Positions 37,501 to 52,197 of a DNA stretch of 64,000 nucleotides are shown piece after piece. Numbering within the stretch: the stretch's first letter is position 1; every line of letters begins with the position of its first letter. The notes beneath the pieces are model-generated. The model saw nothing but the letters and a program-made list of their open reading frames with translations, was not told the origin of the DNA and searched no databases. Origin of the DNA: Antedon mediterranea (lineage: Eukaryota; Animalia; Echinodermata); NCBI RefSeq assembly GCF_964355755.1, contig NC_092671.1:20956001-21020000 (forward strand), in the 5' to 3' direction. Position numbers and translations under genes: made by a program.

Positions 37501-40500
37501 TGTTAAATACGAGAAAATCGTTAAATCGCGCGTACGTCGCGTTGCGCAATTGTAAACATCATGAAAAGCTTCGCTTGACGACGTTACGTGAATGTCAAAA
37601 TGTTAACATAGTTAACAAAATGTTATGTTTGCAAGTTTTAGAGAAAAGCGTTACACAAAAATCATACAGAAAGAAAGAAGATGAAACTAGACATGTAACT
37701 CGTCACTTTGACGAGTTAGTTATCCGCACGACAAACGCCACGTGCATGTCATACGTTGGTATATGGCGCACAGAAAAAGATTATGGCATTATGACCTGAA
37801 CTGAAGACTATGATATGTTGTTATTGCTGAATTCTATTATTTTGATTCATATATAGTATACACAGTGTAATCTGTATACATATCACATACAGTGTAGAAT
37901 AGGGGAAATTACGGGACCCGCTATTTATTGCAATTTTTAACATGTTGATGGTTTTAAAATAAAACGCGAAGGTAGCAATTTTGGAAGGAAATTATCTCAG
38001 CAACAACATTTTAACGTGTAGAAAAAATTTGAATACGTGAAATATTAATGCGCGCTCTTTTAAATGTAATGAACTATGACGCAAAATATGAAAATACGAC
38101 TTTTTTTATTTAACTGGCCATATGATGACGTCACCACATCCGATTGGCAAAATTTTCACATGATTTTGTATTTACCATCCAATAGCTTCAAGAAAACGTT
38201 TTAATCGTGATTATCACATTTTATTCTTACGAGCTATAACAGATTGAAATTTACTGTAAAGATGAAATTAATGCCACACGTAATTTAAATTTTTAGGCAT
38301 GATGACGTCATAAAAATTAAAATATTTTTAACTCATGCTAAATATAGTTGATTAACCTAGACAATATCAAAATCGGGGTGAAAATGGAAAACGGATAAGT
38401 GGAGATGAGCTCTATTAAATGTGAGGAGTTATGACGAAAGATACAAAAATCCTAAATTTCATATTCGCGTGGCCATACGATGACGTCACAATGTCCGGTT
38501 AGCCATATTAATGCATGATCTGATATCTACAACTCATCAACTTCCAGAATATGTAATAAAAATAATTTTTACCGTTTAGTTTAGAAACTACGATTGTTTA
38601 AAAAAAGGCTTAATTTTGACAAATTTTTGAAGTTTTTCATAAAAAAAGCGCGCAAATTATCATATTCTACGTGCTCGTATGACGTAATTTGAAGTCGAAA
38701 TTGTTTAAAAGTTGGTAAAATTACTAGAAAAGGCTAGAAAAATATAAATCACTCGAAAAAATGACGTTTTTAACGCTACGTGTGCACCACGCGCGTACAA
38801 ATTTGCGCACGTGTGGGAATTTTTGACATGCTCAAAATGACATGAAACGCGTAGAAAGTTGATTAGAAATTGATTTTTCGCATTGTAAAATTTTAAACGC
38901 GCGTGCGCGCGTAACTTCGTGTAAATCATGCCATTTTTAGTTCACAAAAAGTTAGCGCACGATATAAATTAGACTTTTGCTAAGTTTCAATTTAAATCGT
39001 TATATGGTTTTCGATCTATGTTAAATACGCGAAATTCATAAAAACGTGCGTAAGTCATGTTGCGCAACTCTGACGTCATTCAATGATAGGAAAGCACAAC
39101 TTCACGTGATTGCCCATATGTTGACAAAGTTATAAAATGTTAACTTTACACGTTTTAGAGATACGCTCTGCACAAAAATGACAGAAAGAAAGAAGAACTA
39201 GAATTTAATTCGTCACTTTGACGAATTATAGGTGATCATTTTTATCGCTTTACTTACATTAATATTTTTTAAACATGCACGTACGTTAACATACAATAGG
39301 AAAATGTTGATGTATACCATCCTGTTATACGCTTATAGTGCTGAGTTGTGCCTATTATGTGTCATATACAATATGTACAGTATATACTGTATATCTATAT
39401 ACAGTGTAGCATAGGTGAAATTTCGGGACCCACATTATGTTCAAATTTTTTGGTATGATGGAATTATCAAAATAAACTCGAAGATGACAATTTCGAAAGA
39501 TAATGAATTGAGCAAATAAATATAAGGATTGGAAGATAATTTGACACGTAGAAGCGCAATGCGCGCTCTTTGAAATTTGTATAACTTTGACTAAAGAAAT
39601 TTAAAAACAACGTTTTAACTTCAACTGGCCATATGATAACATCACAACATCCGATAGGCTTAATTTTTATATGAATTCATATCTACATTTAATCAGCTTT
39701 CATAATAAATTATAATCTTCAAGGTCACCTTTAATTCTGAAGAGCTATAACATATTCAAATGTATGGTGTAGCTGAAATTACACGACCTTGGTTATTAAA
39801 GTTTTTACACATGATGACGTCATCAAAATAAAAATGTTGACAACTGATGAGAAAGATAATTAATTGAGCAAGCACATACTAAAATTTCGGCGAAAATCGG
39901 GCTCAAATAACGGAGATGCGCTCTATTGAATGTGATAACCCACACAAAAAGATAAAAATTACTAATTTTTAAATTGAAGTGGCCATTTGATGACGTCATA
40001 CCATTGTGTACGTCTAATGTGTACATGAATATGTATCTACAACCCAATGGCTTCCCGAATAAGTTAAAAAAATTTGGGGTCACCTGCCATTCTGAAGAGT
40101 TATATTCATTTTAAGAAGGCCTTATTTTTCACCATTTTCAGCACTTTGATGCAATTAATTTGCGCATTTTGTTATTTTTAACCTGCTCGTATAGCGTTAT
40201 TTTAAGTCGGAACTGACTCAAATTTGGTGAATGTACTAAGGATGGTGAGTAGAACGCGATTTGTATAAAAAAATTGCAATTTTTACGCTTTGTTGTAAGT
40301 ATCGCGCGCGCAAAATATTTTTTTTGCGCAGTAATTTTTTGAAACACGCAAATGGCCTAATTCATGCTCTAAATTGATTAAAACGTAATTTTGAGCTTTT
40401 TAAATTTTTAATGCGCGATTCTACGCGCATGACCCTACGTGCGCGCGCGTTTTTACTTGCTAATATTTTTACCCTTGACCTGAAGTTTACGTGTAGTGAA

Positions 40501-42643
40501 TTTCATAAATATGTGATAATGAATTATGGATATATGATTGATAATGTGATTTCACAAAATGGCGTATACGTGACGTCACGGGTGAGAGATCACGCTGAAA
40601 AGCTTATTATGGCTAAGTTAAAGTATTTGAAAGACATTGTGAAATTTTTGTGATCATTGCTATTCAACTTTTTGAGATATTTGATGAACAAAAAGTGTAC
40701 AGAAAGAAGAATAATAACACTAGACATGAAACTCGTCACTTTGACGAGTTAGTTATCCGCTCGACAAACGCCACGTGCACGTCATACGTTACAATATTGC
40801 GCACAGAAAAATATTAAGGCATTATGACCTGAACTGAAGAATATGATATGTTGTTATTTCTGAATTCTGTTATTTTGTGTCATATAGTATACACAGTACA
40901 ATCTGTATACATATCACAAACAGTGTAAAATAGGTGAAATTACGGGACCCGTATTTTATTGTAATTTTTAACATCTTGACGGTTTCAAAATGAAATGCAA
41001 AAGTAGAAATTTCAGAATGAAATTATCTCAGCAACAACATATTAACGTGTAGAAGAAATTTGAATACGTGAAATATTGATGCGCGCTCTTTTAAATGTAA
41101 TGAAATATAATGCAAAAGATGAAAATACGACTTTTTTTATTTAACTGGCCATATGATGACGTCACGACATTCAATTGGCACAATTTACACATGATTTTGT
41201 ATCTACAATACAATAGCTTCCTGAAAACGTTTTAATCGTGATTATCACATTTTATTCTTACGAGGTATAACAGATTAAAATTTACTGTAAAGATGAAATT
41301 AATGACCAACGTAATTTAAATTTTTAGGCATGATGACGTTAAAAAAATTAAAAAAATTTTAATTCATGCAAAAGATAGTTGATTGACCTAGAATATATTA
41401 AAATCGGGGTGAAAATAGACAACGAATAAGTGGAGATGCGCTCTATTAAATGTGATGAGCTATGACGAAAGAGACAAAAATCCTATATTTTATATTCGCG
41501 TGGCCATACGATGACGTCACAATGTCCGGTTACCCATATTAATGCATGATCCGATATCTACAACTCATCAACTTCCAGAATATGTAATTAAAAAAAAGTT
41601 CTCCATGTAGTTTAGAATCTATGACTGTTTAAAAATAGGCATAATTTTGACAAATTTTTGAACTTTTTCACCAAAAACGCGTGCAAATTATGTAATTCGA
41701 CGTGCTCGTATGACGTAATTTTAAGTCGAAATTGTTTAAAAGTTGGTAACATTACTAGAAAAGGCTGAAAAAACATAAATCACGCGAAAAAAATATGTTT
41801 TTAACGCTACGTGTGCACCGCGTGCGTAAAAATTTTCGCGCGCGTGGGAATTTTTGACATGCTCAAAATGACATGAAACGCATAGAAAGTTGATTAGAAG
41901 TTGATTTTTCGCATCCTAAAATTTTAAACGCACGTACGCGCGTAACTTTTTGTGAAACATGCTATTTTTAATCCATAGAAAGTTTGCGCTTGATATGACT
42001 TAAATTTTCACAAAGTGTCAAAACAAAATTATGTTTGGTTTTTAGTCTATGATCAATCATTGAAATTCATAAAATCACGCGTACGTCACGTTGCGCAACT
42101 CTGACGTCATTCAAAAATAGGAGGTGCACAAGTTCACGTAAATGTCGATGTGTTGACAAAGTTACGATATGTTCTGTTTACACGTTTTAGAGAAACGCGA
42201 CGCACAAAAATGACAGAAAGAAAGAAGTATAATACAGAAAAAAAAAAAAATTTGATGAAACAGGACGATTACAAGGAGTTATCCGCTACTAAGCGGATAA
42301 CTAAATAAAGATTTTGTACAATAACAATAGGTGATCATTTTATTCTAAATGATCACCTAATAATACAGAAAAAAAAAAAAAAAAAAAAGATGATGAAACA
42401 GGACAGTTACAAGGAGTTATCCGCCATAGTGCGGATAACTAAAAAAAGATGATGATGATTTCGTACAATCACAAGAGGTTATCCTGCAACTTCGTTGCGG
42501 ATAACCAATGATGATGATTTCGTACAATCACAAGAGGTTATCCTGCAACTTCGTTGCGGATAACCAAAAAAAAAAAGAAAAATAATAATAAAGATTTCAT
42601 ACAATTACAATAGGTGATCATTTTATTCTAAATTATCACCTAA
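31559..42643 (-). mobile_element. Nested stack of seven ~1.55 kb Helentron-associated (HINE-like) non-autonomous elements
   Basis: Left ends (actag + hairpin tcgtcactttgacga + subTIR) at 31559, 33052, 34632, 36161, 37686, 39197 and 40719. Matching hairpin/subTIR right ends at 34631, 42304, 42360, 42442, 42508, 42567 and 42643. No TSDs; insertion sites are A-runs. Confidence 0.88.
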
Positions 42644-44109
42644 TTAATAACCACAGAATATCACTTGAAAATAAGTGGACCTGTCCATAATGTATTTAAC
42701 TTTCATGGTACGGACGATTCCATTTACCATAATAGGGATGTTGAGCATTTCACACTAATATGTTTTAAAACACTTTAAAATAATAAAGTACCTAATATTA
42801 TTATTATTCGGAACTTTATGAATAGCAAATATATTAGTCATAATTATAATCAATGTTGGTTAAAATTTAATATAGATTTAACCTCCGTTAAGCCAAAATT
42901 CTACTGACAGTCTTCTGCAGGAAGTCCTAAGTTAGCCTCAGCCTGAGTAGAGACAATATAACTAAATGGACTAGCCTATATGGCTTGATTGAGAATCGAA
43001 AAACATGTGCCTACTATTTTCTTTTTCCGTTCATCAATTCTCAACCAATCATTTTAAAGGCCAGGTGCAGGCAAAAAATTTCTATTGATCATACATTCCA
43101 ATAATTATCGATCTATAGTTTCCCATATGTTTCATAATTTTTGGGATTTTATTTTTGTTACATGGGCTTGTTGAAAATAAGCACTTTCTTATCAGTGGGG
43201 GTTCAAATTACACAGTAAAATCTCTATTCTTTTGTACACAAATTTTGTAATAGAGAGGCATATTAAAAAGCTATGAAAAATAAACGGTGTGGTAAAAATG
43301 TTATCAGATGACTAAATATAGGTAATATAACTTGAATATTACATTTCTGATATTTTTATTCAACTTCAGATTTTTATTTTCATGCTATAGCAAAAATTAT
43401 CCACCGTATATCCACCATCTTTTTTCACTTTCTAGGGTGTCACCAGTCATGTTATTACATTAGGTCAACTACCTAACTACTGAAAAAAAAAGACTTCTGG
43501 TTTTTATGGAAGAATTTTGCAAAATTTTGTATTTGACCATATTAAGGGAAATTCATGTTTTTTTGTCTTGATTTCTGTTACAAATATTTGATTTATGTAC
43601 AATTAACCAACTACTATATTTAAAATTTATGCCTCTACCTGAGCTTTAATATTTCAACAATAGGTACTTCAAACATTATATTTTCATATTATTTGTGTCT
43701 TTGATTTAAAATATTGCATCAACCTACCCAAAAAACGAAGACAATTTTTGAAAGTTCACCAATTCTGTTCTAGACATCGTAATGCTTTGCCTTTGCATTT
43801 CACTTCGGAAACCAATCTAATTGTCAATCACCTCAGGTTGTCACGGAAACTCCAATCAAAAAGCATCATACTCTTAGATGATCTCCAAAAATGGGCGGTG
43901 ATAAACGGCAAACCAATCAAAGGGCGAGAATCCAAAATCGTTCAACCGTAAGCCCTCATAGACTCTTTTCCCAGACGGTTTTTGGTTTCAGCAGCTGGAA
44001 TCTATAAATTATAGTAGAGTTTACAAAGTCGCAAAACTGTCAGCCTTAGTACTATAGCTACCGCGATGAAACGATTTCTTAATGAGTTTGTCCTCCTGGG
44101 ACATAGCCG

Positions 44110-44582
44110 GCTAGAGCCGCTGCGCGAAAACATCAGTGTCAGGGCTGATTATAACATTATATTTACCACCATGGTCTGCAGCATACTTCGCATGAAGAAA
44201 CATTTTGGTGTCTGCCTCCTCTTAATTAGAACTTCTCCATTTGATTCTGAAATAGAATTGCATAATGTACCATGAGTTATGAATACATTTATTCCCATGA
44301 GGTGATCTGCTTCACACATGCTCCATATCTGAAAGAAGAACTTGATTAGCTGCTATTCCTTGTTGTAGCTATCAGATAACAATTTTTTCCACTTTTTTTT
44401 AATTTGCTGTTTGGCTTTTGATATTTTAATTGTTTGTTTGCCGGTGGCTGCTCTTCAACTTCGTTCAGCATTTTTTATGCAGTTTGTGTAATTGCTACAT
44501 GTGATCGCAGAATTCTCCTTTGTTTAGTAACAGGTTCTGCTGTTGACTCTCTTTTGTTGACTTTAATCCTTGAAATTCCTCT
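44110..44582 (-). pseudogene. Academ-like transposase fragment
   Basis: Minus-strand KWKKLLSDSYNKE*...LIKFFFQIW and SN*EEADTKMFLHAKYAADHGGKYNVIISPDTDVF, with stops. A splice acceptor (T-run + acag) lies at ~44582. Confidence 0.7.
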
Positions 44583-45579
44583 GTAAAAAAAAAAAAATTA
44601 GGTTATACTGTACAGTAGGTTATATGCATGAATGCATATAACCTCTTGATTCTGTCACGATCTTTATTTATTTCTTTATTTATTTATTCTTTCCTTAGCA
44701 CTATTTTGTCTGTCAATTATCTTGATATCAGTTTCATCTAGCTAAGTCAATTTTTCATAGTATATTCCTTATAGCCAGGAATCGATGTGGTTATGTTTTC
44801 ACGGTGCGCAAAAATAATCAAAAATTATGATCTACAGTACACACCATTTAACGAAATCACGTTTGTAATACAGTCAACTCTCCCAATACCGGACTCTCCC
44901 AAAACCGGAATTCACGAAAAACCGGACTTTTTTGGAGGGCCCAATTTGTCCCTATTCTAAATGTACTGTAATTTATTATGAAAACCGGAATACCCAATTC
45001 CGGAATCCGGACAAATTATGAAGTCCAAAACACGAAAATTAGCTTCTGAAAACCGGACTGGCAGTTAAAAAACTCCAAATATTTACGAAATAACAACGTA
45101 ACATCGTCGTCGCTGACTCAGATTCAATACATTCACAACGTACAAAAGCTTTTAACCACACCCTGATCATGCATGAAGTGCGCGACGTTTCGCGGTACGA
45201 TCAAATAATGTTGCCATGGAACGTTACACTGTGATTGACAGGTCAGTTCATTGTTAACCCACGAGGCGGCAATTGCTTTGTTGCGTATCGAACTGCGGTG
45301 GGCTTTCTCACATCGAAGCGCTATGTCTTAATGTCTATTGTTTTTAGCAGGGAGTTGTTAACAACTCCCTGGTTTTTAGCATATGAATTGTTTTTAATAA
45401 AGTTCAATTTACATTTCACTTTGTGTCTTTGTTTTGTTTAAGTTATTGTTAAATTCACAATTGCAATAGGACTTTAAAAGTTTAACTAAAAATGTGCATC
45501 ATTATAAATTTGGAAATCATCATGGCAAAACGTAAACGAAATGAACTTGACTTAACTACGAAAATTAGATTGATAGCAG

Positions 45580-47555
45580 TAGGTATCCCAATGAAAAAAT
45601 TCAGATAAATTTTTTTACTTTTTCTTTCAGTTAACCATAAAGAACTTAATGTAATTAGCATTTTGCAATTTAAATGATTGAAATCCGATTACCCGTTCTA
45701 AAGTTATGGTTATTTAAAGTGGTAAAAAATATACGATTTTTTGCCTAAAATTGTGTTTTTTGCAGTTAAAATTGGAAGCATTTTTAAAAGGTTATAACTT
45801 TTACAATAATTAGTTAAAAGTTTTGAATTTTGTTAAACCTATAGATATCACAGAGTTGTACAACTCTATTTTTTTTGGAGCCTCAACGAAACCTATTTTT
45901 AAAATTATTGGTCCGCAAAGTGGTAGGAAAGCATTTAGCGCCCATTTTTGCTGGAATTCCCTAAAAAAATGCAATTTTTCAATGATCTGTAACTTTTGAA
46001 CTACTGTACTAATTCATTTAATTTTTTTTGTACTTGTTAGAATGTAGTGTATATTTCATTAATAAATATATTTTAGATGTGTATATAAAAAAAAAAAAAT
46101 TTTTAATGGTGAAATTTAAAATGATCAAAAAAAAAAAAATGAAAAACTATGTTAAAAACTGTGTGTACTGTTTCCTTTCTTTTACACTAATTTTCGGTAA
46201 GTATAATTATTAGAATATTTTAATATACTTTATACCGTATTTATAATTTCAATCATAAATAATTTTATTTTAGGCCCGTATGATTATGACACCAAATCTA
46301 AGCCGGGCTAAGATATGCTCTTTTAAGGCAAACACACAATGGGTCAAAATAAACTCATTTAAAATAATCAATGTTAATTAAAACAATTAATTGTTTACAT
46401 GAATAGTATATATAACATTATAAAAATTGTTTTCTTTTCGTATTTCTAACCGTAAGTACGTTATTAAATTGAAATACGGAGCTAAAGTTTAGGCCAAGTC
46501 AGCAGTCGCTCCCGTTAAAGTATTTCGGTCGCAGTTAATGACTTTCGACCGCCGTATACAGAGTCAAATGTAACGTTGGTATAAAATTAGCTTAATAAAT
46601 TTCTTCGGTACATTTTAACCTAACGCATTTGCATTGTATACTTGCATAATAAATCTTCCGCACATTACATCAATTTTAAGTTGTTAAATTAATGTGTAAA
46701 ACCAGATATTCTACGACGGAATAGGACATGTCAATCTCCGACATCGCTGCTGTCACACATCTCGCGTCGAGCCGGCCGAAGTCGAGCGAGGAAAACTAAA
46801 CAACGTGTTTAAAATATGGAACGTACCATTCGCTGATAGGGTGCATTGATGTATTAAACGGAAAACGTCACAACAAACTAGCGCGTACTTTACAGTACAA
46901 TATTTTACTCACTACAATATTCACCGGATTATAATGGTTCAATCTTAGATATTCTGAACGGGATTTACGCCTCATGCACCATTTTAAAATGTAGTTCGCA
47001 CAATTACCATGCACAATACGTTTGTAATCTATGTTTTATCGATTTCAATGTAGATTTAGCTATAATTTAATACCAAAATCCATAAAAATTTTTCCATAAA
47101 CGGTGATTCAAAATTTGGGGTTTTGTCACCAAAATTGATCTTTCGTTACGAAAACCTATTTATAGAAGACGATTTTCACATCAAATTAAAGCTCATTTAA
47201 AGCCTGATAACAATTAACATACAACAAAAATTAATCCGCTAGCTTCAATGGTAATCGTGCAATCGTGTTTTGAAAACTGATGGGGATTTTCCGATGAGGT
47301 TTTCAACGCGCGGAAATCGGCTCGACAGGATTTTAGAACCGTTTTAAAATCGCATTTTCTCGGCAACTACTTCATTAATTTTAATTGTAAACACACTTAT
47401 ACATAGATTAAAACAAGTACTTTCAAACAATATAAATTTTTAAAGTATTAATTAAGAGTGAACACGATTTATTTACCATCAGTCATACTACTTATTTAAA
47501 TTTTTTTAATATTTCAAAAGTGATACCCCTCTGTACGCTTTCATTGGGATACCTA
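45580..47555. mobile_element. Non-autonomous DNA transposon with 7-bp TSD (hAT-group-like)
   Basis: atagcag|taggtatcccaatgaaa ... tttcattgggataccta|atagcag. Confidence 0.88.
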
Positions 47556-47790
47556 ATAGCAGATGTAGAAGGTGGAATGAAAGTAATGGAAGCAACGAAA
47601 AAGTATGGGCTTGGAAAATCAACGATCTATGACATTATGAAAGCTAAGGATAAATATCGGAGCAAGAAGGAAGTCAGCAAAGGTACAACATTCAGAGTGA
47701 TCAAAACTAAGTTTTTGGACATCGACCAGCTTATGTTAGTTTGGTTTAGAACTGCTAGGGATAAACATATCCCCATTAGTGGACCCTTAA

Positions 47791-49931
47791 CACTTTGACT
47801 GCCAAACACGAAGATCTTCGTTTTTGGAAACGCAACGCTTGACTGCCAAACACGAAGATCTTCGTTTTTCGCGTTTTTTTACGAAATCCGGTAGGTAGGT
47901 AAATTATTGGTATATACTATAAATATGGACACTAAATTCGGTCTGGACCGTGAATATTTTACCTTTTGAAAGTAACTAATCTGGTTACGAACGATTGTCA
48001 AAATGGTACCTGTTGAAATAACATACACCGCGCATCACAGTAGCGCGTACAACGATGGTTTGGCGCATTGTGTATCGGTCGCACGCTAGCTATGCCGCCG
48101 AAGCATTACAAAGGTTTATGTGGATTGGCATGTTTGTTTGTTATCTGAATAAAAAATAATGGATGAATTTTCAATAAGAAGTCTTTAATTTTATTATTGT
48201 ATGTATACCCTAATTGTTTTGGTGTTTCACTGTAAGTGGCAGAGTTTCACGCCACAAACTTGTTTAGAAATGGTATGAATATTATCATCAGTTTACTAGC
48301 TAGGCTAGTAGTACTAGGCTATAGCCTAGGCCTAGTCGTAAAACGGTTCCGGACCAACTTTAGGCCTAGTTAACTAGGCCTTGTGTCTTTACTAGGGTGT
48401 CACGAAACCTAAGATCACGAAAGCTCCGACCCCCTAAAACCTAAGATCACGAAAGCTAAGACCCAACACCTAAGATTACAAATACTAAGATATACAGCTT
48501 AAAAACAATACTTGTTTATCCATACATAATTTTAAACACAGTAGGTTTCATTTATTACCATAATTATAATTTAATACTACCGCAAAACATAGATAAACTC
48601 ACATTATTTTCGCCCGTTGAGTAAATGTATATTTTTTCTTTACAACAAACAAACTTGACGGGTTGTTTGTTGGTATATATTTACTCTATTGTGTTGGTTC
48701 AGAGGATGTTTTTCTTACGCACCTGCCTTTCTTGTATTTTGACTCCAAATTTGTTGACTAACTTTATCCTGAACACCACACTTTAAAATTAGGACTTATA
48801 AGTACTTTCAGAAGGAGAAACACATAATAACAAATAAATAAATCCTTTAAATTGATGATTTTACAGATGTGTTTCTGGCGTGTTTCTTTGTATACTGTAA
48901 TGTAACTCCTCGAGCTCCCCATGCTCAATGTTTTTGTTTCTATGGAGCGCCAAAAGAGCAACAATAATAGTACAAGTATAAAAACAGAAAGAAAACGAAA
49001 CAAAAAAACTTATCATGATTTTTAAATTAAAATTTATTTGCCAGTATTTATTTCTTCGTACTTGCATGATTATACTATTATCATTACAATTTTAATTTTA
49101 CATTGTTCCATCCACACTGTAGATGGACTCCACAGAGTTTTCAGCCCTCTATATAATTTTTGCTCTTTTGACGTTCCATAGAAACAAAAACATTGAACAT
49201 GGCCCATGGGGTAGGCCTACTGTACTGTAGGCTAGTCATTTTGTGTGCGAGAAAAACGTCTGTAAAATCATCAATTTAAAAATGTATTTGTTACTTTTTA
49301 TGTGATTCTTTTTCATGAAAGTGCCAATTCTAAGGTGTGGTATTCAGAATAAATGTTGGGAGTTAAAATACAAGGCAGGTGCGAAAGATAAATATTTGTA
49401 ATCTTAGGTGTTGGGTCTTAGCTTTCGTGATCTTAGGTCTTATGGGGTCTTCGCTTTCGTGGTCTTAGGTTTCGTGACACCCGTCTTTACTATGTGGATT
49501 TTGGCAAAACATTGATGTAAGATTTATGATTTATAAAATGTAATACATTTTTCGATAGTGATAACTTGTTTTTATAGGCCTACCGGTGCCGTGTAAGTAA
49601 CTTTTTCGTTGTTTGTTGATCTCACCGGGCGATATTTTCATATTGTGATGTCTTGCACAAAATCGCGAATATCTCGACTTTCTTGCACGAAACTAAGAAA
49701 AACTCAAAAAGTGCGTTACTTTCATTTTACTATTACAACTTATATATTGCGATTTGAAAATCGTTCTTGGTACCATTGTAAAGCTAAAATCTTTATGATT
49801 ATTTTAGTCTAAATTACATGTAAATCAGATCACATACATAGTTTCAATCAGCTTTAATAAAAACATCGAATTGGGCTATAAACGCTGGCGGTGGCAGTTT
49901 CTAACTGGAAAAACCTCTGGCAGTCAAAGTG
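47791..49931. mobile_element. piggyBac-type non-autonomous element
   Basis: ttaa|cactttgactgcca ... tggcagtcaaagtg|ttaa. Confidence 0.88.
48395..49482. mobile_element. MULE-like foldback element
   Basis: TIR gggtgtcacgaaacctaaga / tcttaggtttcgtgacaccc, 10-bp TSD gtctttacta, and long imperfect internal inverted arms. Confidence 0.88.
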
Positions 49932-52197
49932 TTAATAAAGGCAAAGGCAGAGCAATTTGCAGAGGAATTGAACCTTGTGGACTTCAAAGCATCTGATGGA
50001 CCAGTGATTGCTGATGATGAACCAGAAGGCGAAGAGGATGAAAACACTGATGATTTTAGAACTTTATCTTTTAGCGAAATGTTATCTATGATTGGTCAAA
50101 TTAGGCACGGTGTTCGTTCAAAGGCACATCATTTTGAAATTATCGATCAACAACTTCAGGAATTAACGGAAATTATGAAGAAAGAAATTTTAATTAAACG
50201 CAGAAACTCCAAACAGGCGTCTTTAGATGATTGGTTTAAAATCTGATAAAATGTAAATGTCTGCCATAATTTGTTAATTTTAAATTTATAGTGTTAATAA
50301 ACTTTGAAATGTTACCAATTAATTATTGTGTCATTATTGCTTGGCTCGTTTACCTAATCAATTTTCATCGTTGCTATCAAATTACTTAGCTTAAAAAACA
50401 TGTGGTCTAGGTGTGGGCGTTTTTATTTGATTATGACACCTCTGCATATGCGCATCAATCAAATCCGCGCTCTCCTATTTTTATCACACATGCTCTGCAT
50501 CAACACGGAAAAAAAAATTGTAAATGAAAAAGTAAAAAAAAAAGTTTTTAGATTAGAAACGGGGTAACTTCTTCTGTCAGTCTGTTTTATTGCCGAAATA
50601 CGATAGCTCAACAGACACGTTTAATATTTGTCTAGACAAAACCAAGCACACGTGCTGTAACAAGTTTGATTTGCTTGCTGCCTCCACCGTCGTGACACCA
50701 GTCTGCGTGACACACACTATTCATCATGTCCAAAAAACAGAAGGTGCAACATCATTTAACCTACTATTACTGTATAATAATAATATTGTATACAGGCTAT
50801 CCTGCGATATTTTTGCTATAAAATAAGAGACCCACAGATAACCGATATGAAAATTCTAGAGTAGTAGTACTCTCTATCTGGTACTAGGCCTCTAAGTAGG
50901 AAGAGGAATAGGCGCGTGCGCAATGAGCGGGAGGGATTTGAGGCCGGGAACAAAGGTGAACGATCCGAAATTATTTTCATTGCGGTTCAAGCGTCGATAT
51001 CTAGACTGTATCAAGTTACAAGGGCCAAAGCGTCTAGTTACGCACTACCCTGGCGGTGTCCCTTTGTACGAATTAATTAAAGTTACAATTCTATATTTAG
51101 AAGTTGGCCCAGCTTACGCCGCCGCGAGCGTCGATATCTGAGTCATGCTACATCCAGGGACCAATACGTAGTTACAACAAAGTGATATCCTCCCTATTTG
51201 TAAGAATCGGCAATTCATTCGGAAAGCACAGCGTACTAAAATGTTCATTCAGAAGGCGAGCGCAGAAATGCATATTCATAATAATGCTCCCCTAAAATGG
51301 GACGAAATAGGACGCCCTCACTCGGATTTTCATAGAAAGTCTTTGCGAAAAATACTTTCGCCACCCTGAAGTTCGGAACTGTGAATAAGTGAGGTGTGCA
51401 AGACCCTTAACAGATGATCGAATCAGAGTGCGTTAGCGGATCTCGAACACCATAAAATGCATTTTTTTTCTGGGCTTCGCCCAGTGTATTTAGCCTACGG
51501 TCGCGTATGCCCCCCCGCAAAAATAATCTTGGATCCGCCCCTGGCTAGAGCTCGTGAAAAACAATAAACAGACCGAAATTATGTTCACCGTACGTACGTA
51601 GGCCTAGGCCTATTTGCCGTTAAAAACACATTGAGAAACAATAATTTACTACTGTAACATGTTTTATGGGTACATAATGTAACTTTTAAAAAAGGTAAAT
51701 TAAATTAGCTTAATATTAATAAAGTAGGCCTAGGCCTATCAGTATCTATATATAAATTTACGTAAGGGCAAAATTCGGTAAATCGCGCCTTACTTCTAGA
51801 ATTTTTACTCGATGGTATATAAAGTTGGTTCGTACTTTCGGTACTGATTTTAACCACCTGATGTAACCCTGTTTACTAATTAAATTAAGTTAGATAATTA
51901 GTTATTGACGATTAAAACGAATTTAGGTTCAACGATTTGCCCCAAATAGGGGTGTTTTCCGATCGTGGTATACACTGTCTAATGGATGTCCATCTTGAAA
52001 AATACCCGCCACAAAAATGCGAGGAGGCTTCGCATTTTCCTATCTCCTCCTACGATAATTGTTTTTAATAGCTGAAAACCGGTTGAACAGTTCGAGTACA
52101 GCATCATAATGTTGAAGACAGGCCGATTTTCTTTAAAAAATACTATTTTGATACATTTAATATACGTTTTTACAAATGTATTGATTTGTGATGAATG

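Larger units (their letters stand above)
45522..50246 (+). pseudogene. Tigger/pogo transposase remnant (CENP-B-type HTH domains; DDE domain deleted)
   Basis: Removing two insertions restores MAKRKRNELDLTTKIRLIA|DVEGGMKVMEATKKYGLGKSTIYDIMK...DQLMLVWFRTARDKHIPISGPL|IKAKAEQFAEELNLVDFKASDG...KQASLDDWFKI. Confidence 0.9.

Noticed and set aside
33979-40653. Recurrent short ORFs (MSNSTCSY..., MLFGFRHM...)
   Set aside because: Chance frames in HINE copies, not conserved in length and with no protein motif.
31559-42304. Simple 1.5 kb tandem satellite or rolling-circle concatemer
   Set aside because: Units belong to different subfamilies and their ends are stacked in reverse order, which indicates nesting.
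42260-42645. CRISPR-like or terminator-like array of short hairpins
   Set aside because: The hairpins are the displaced ends of the nested HINE elements, the spacers are A-rich microsatellite, there are no cas genes, and the context is eukaryotic.
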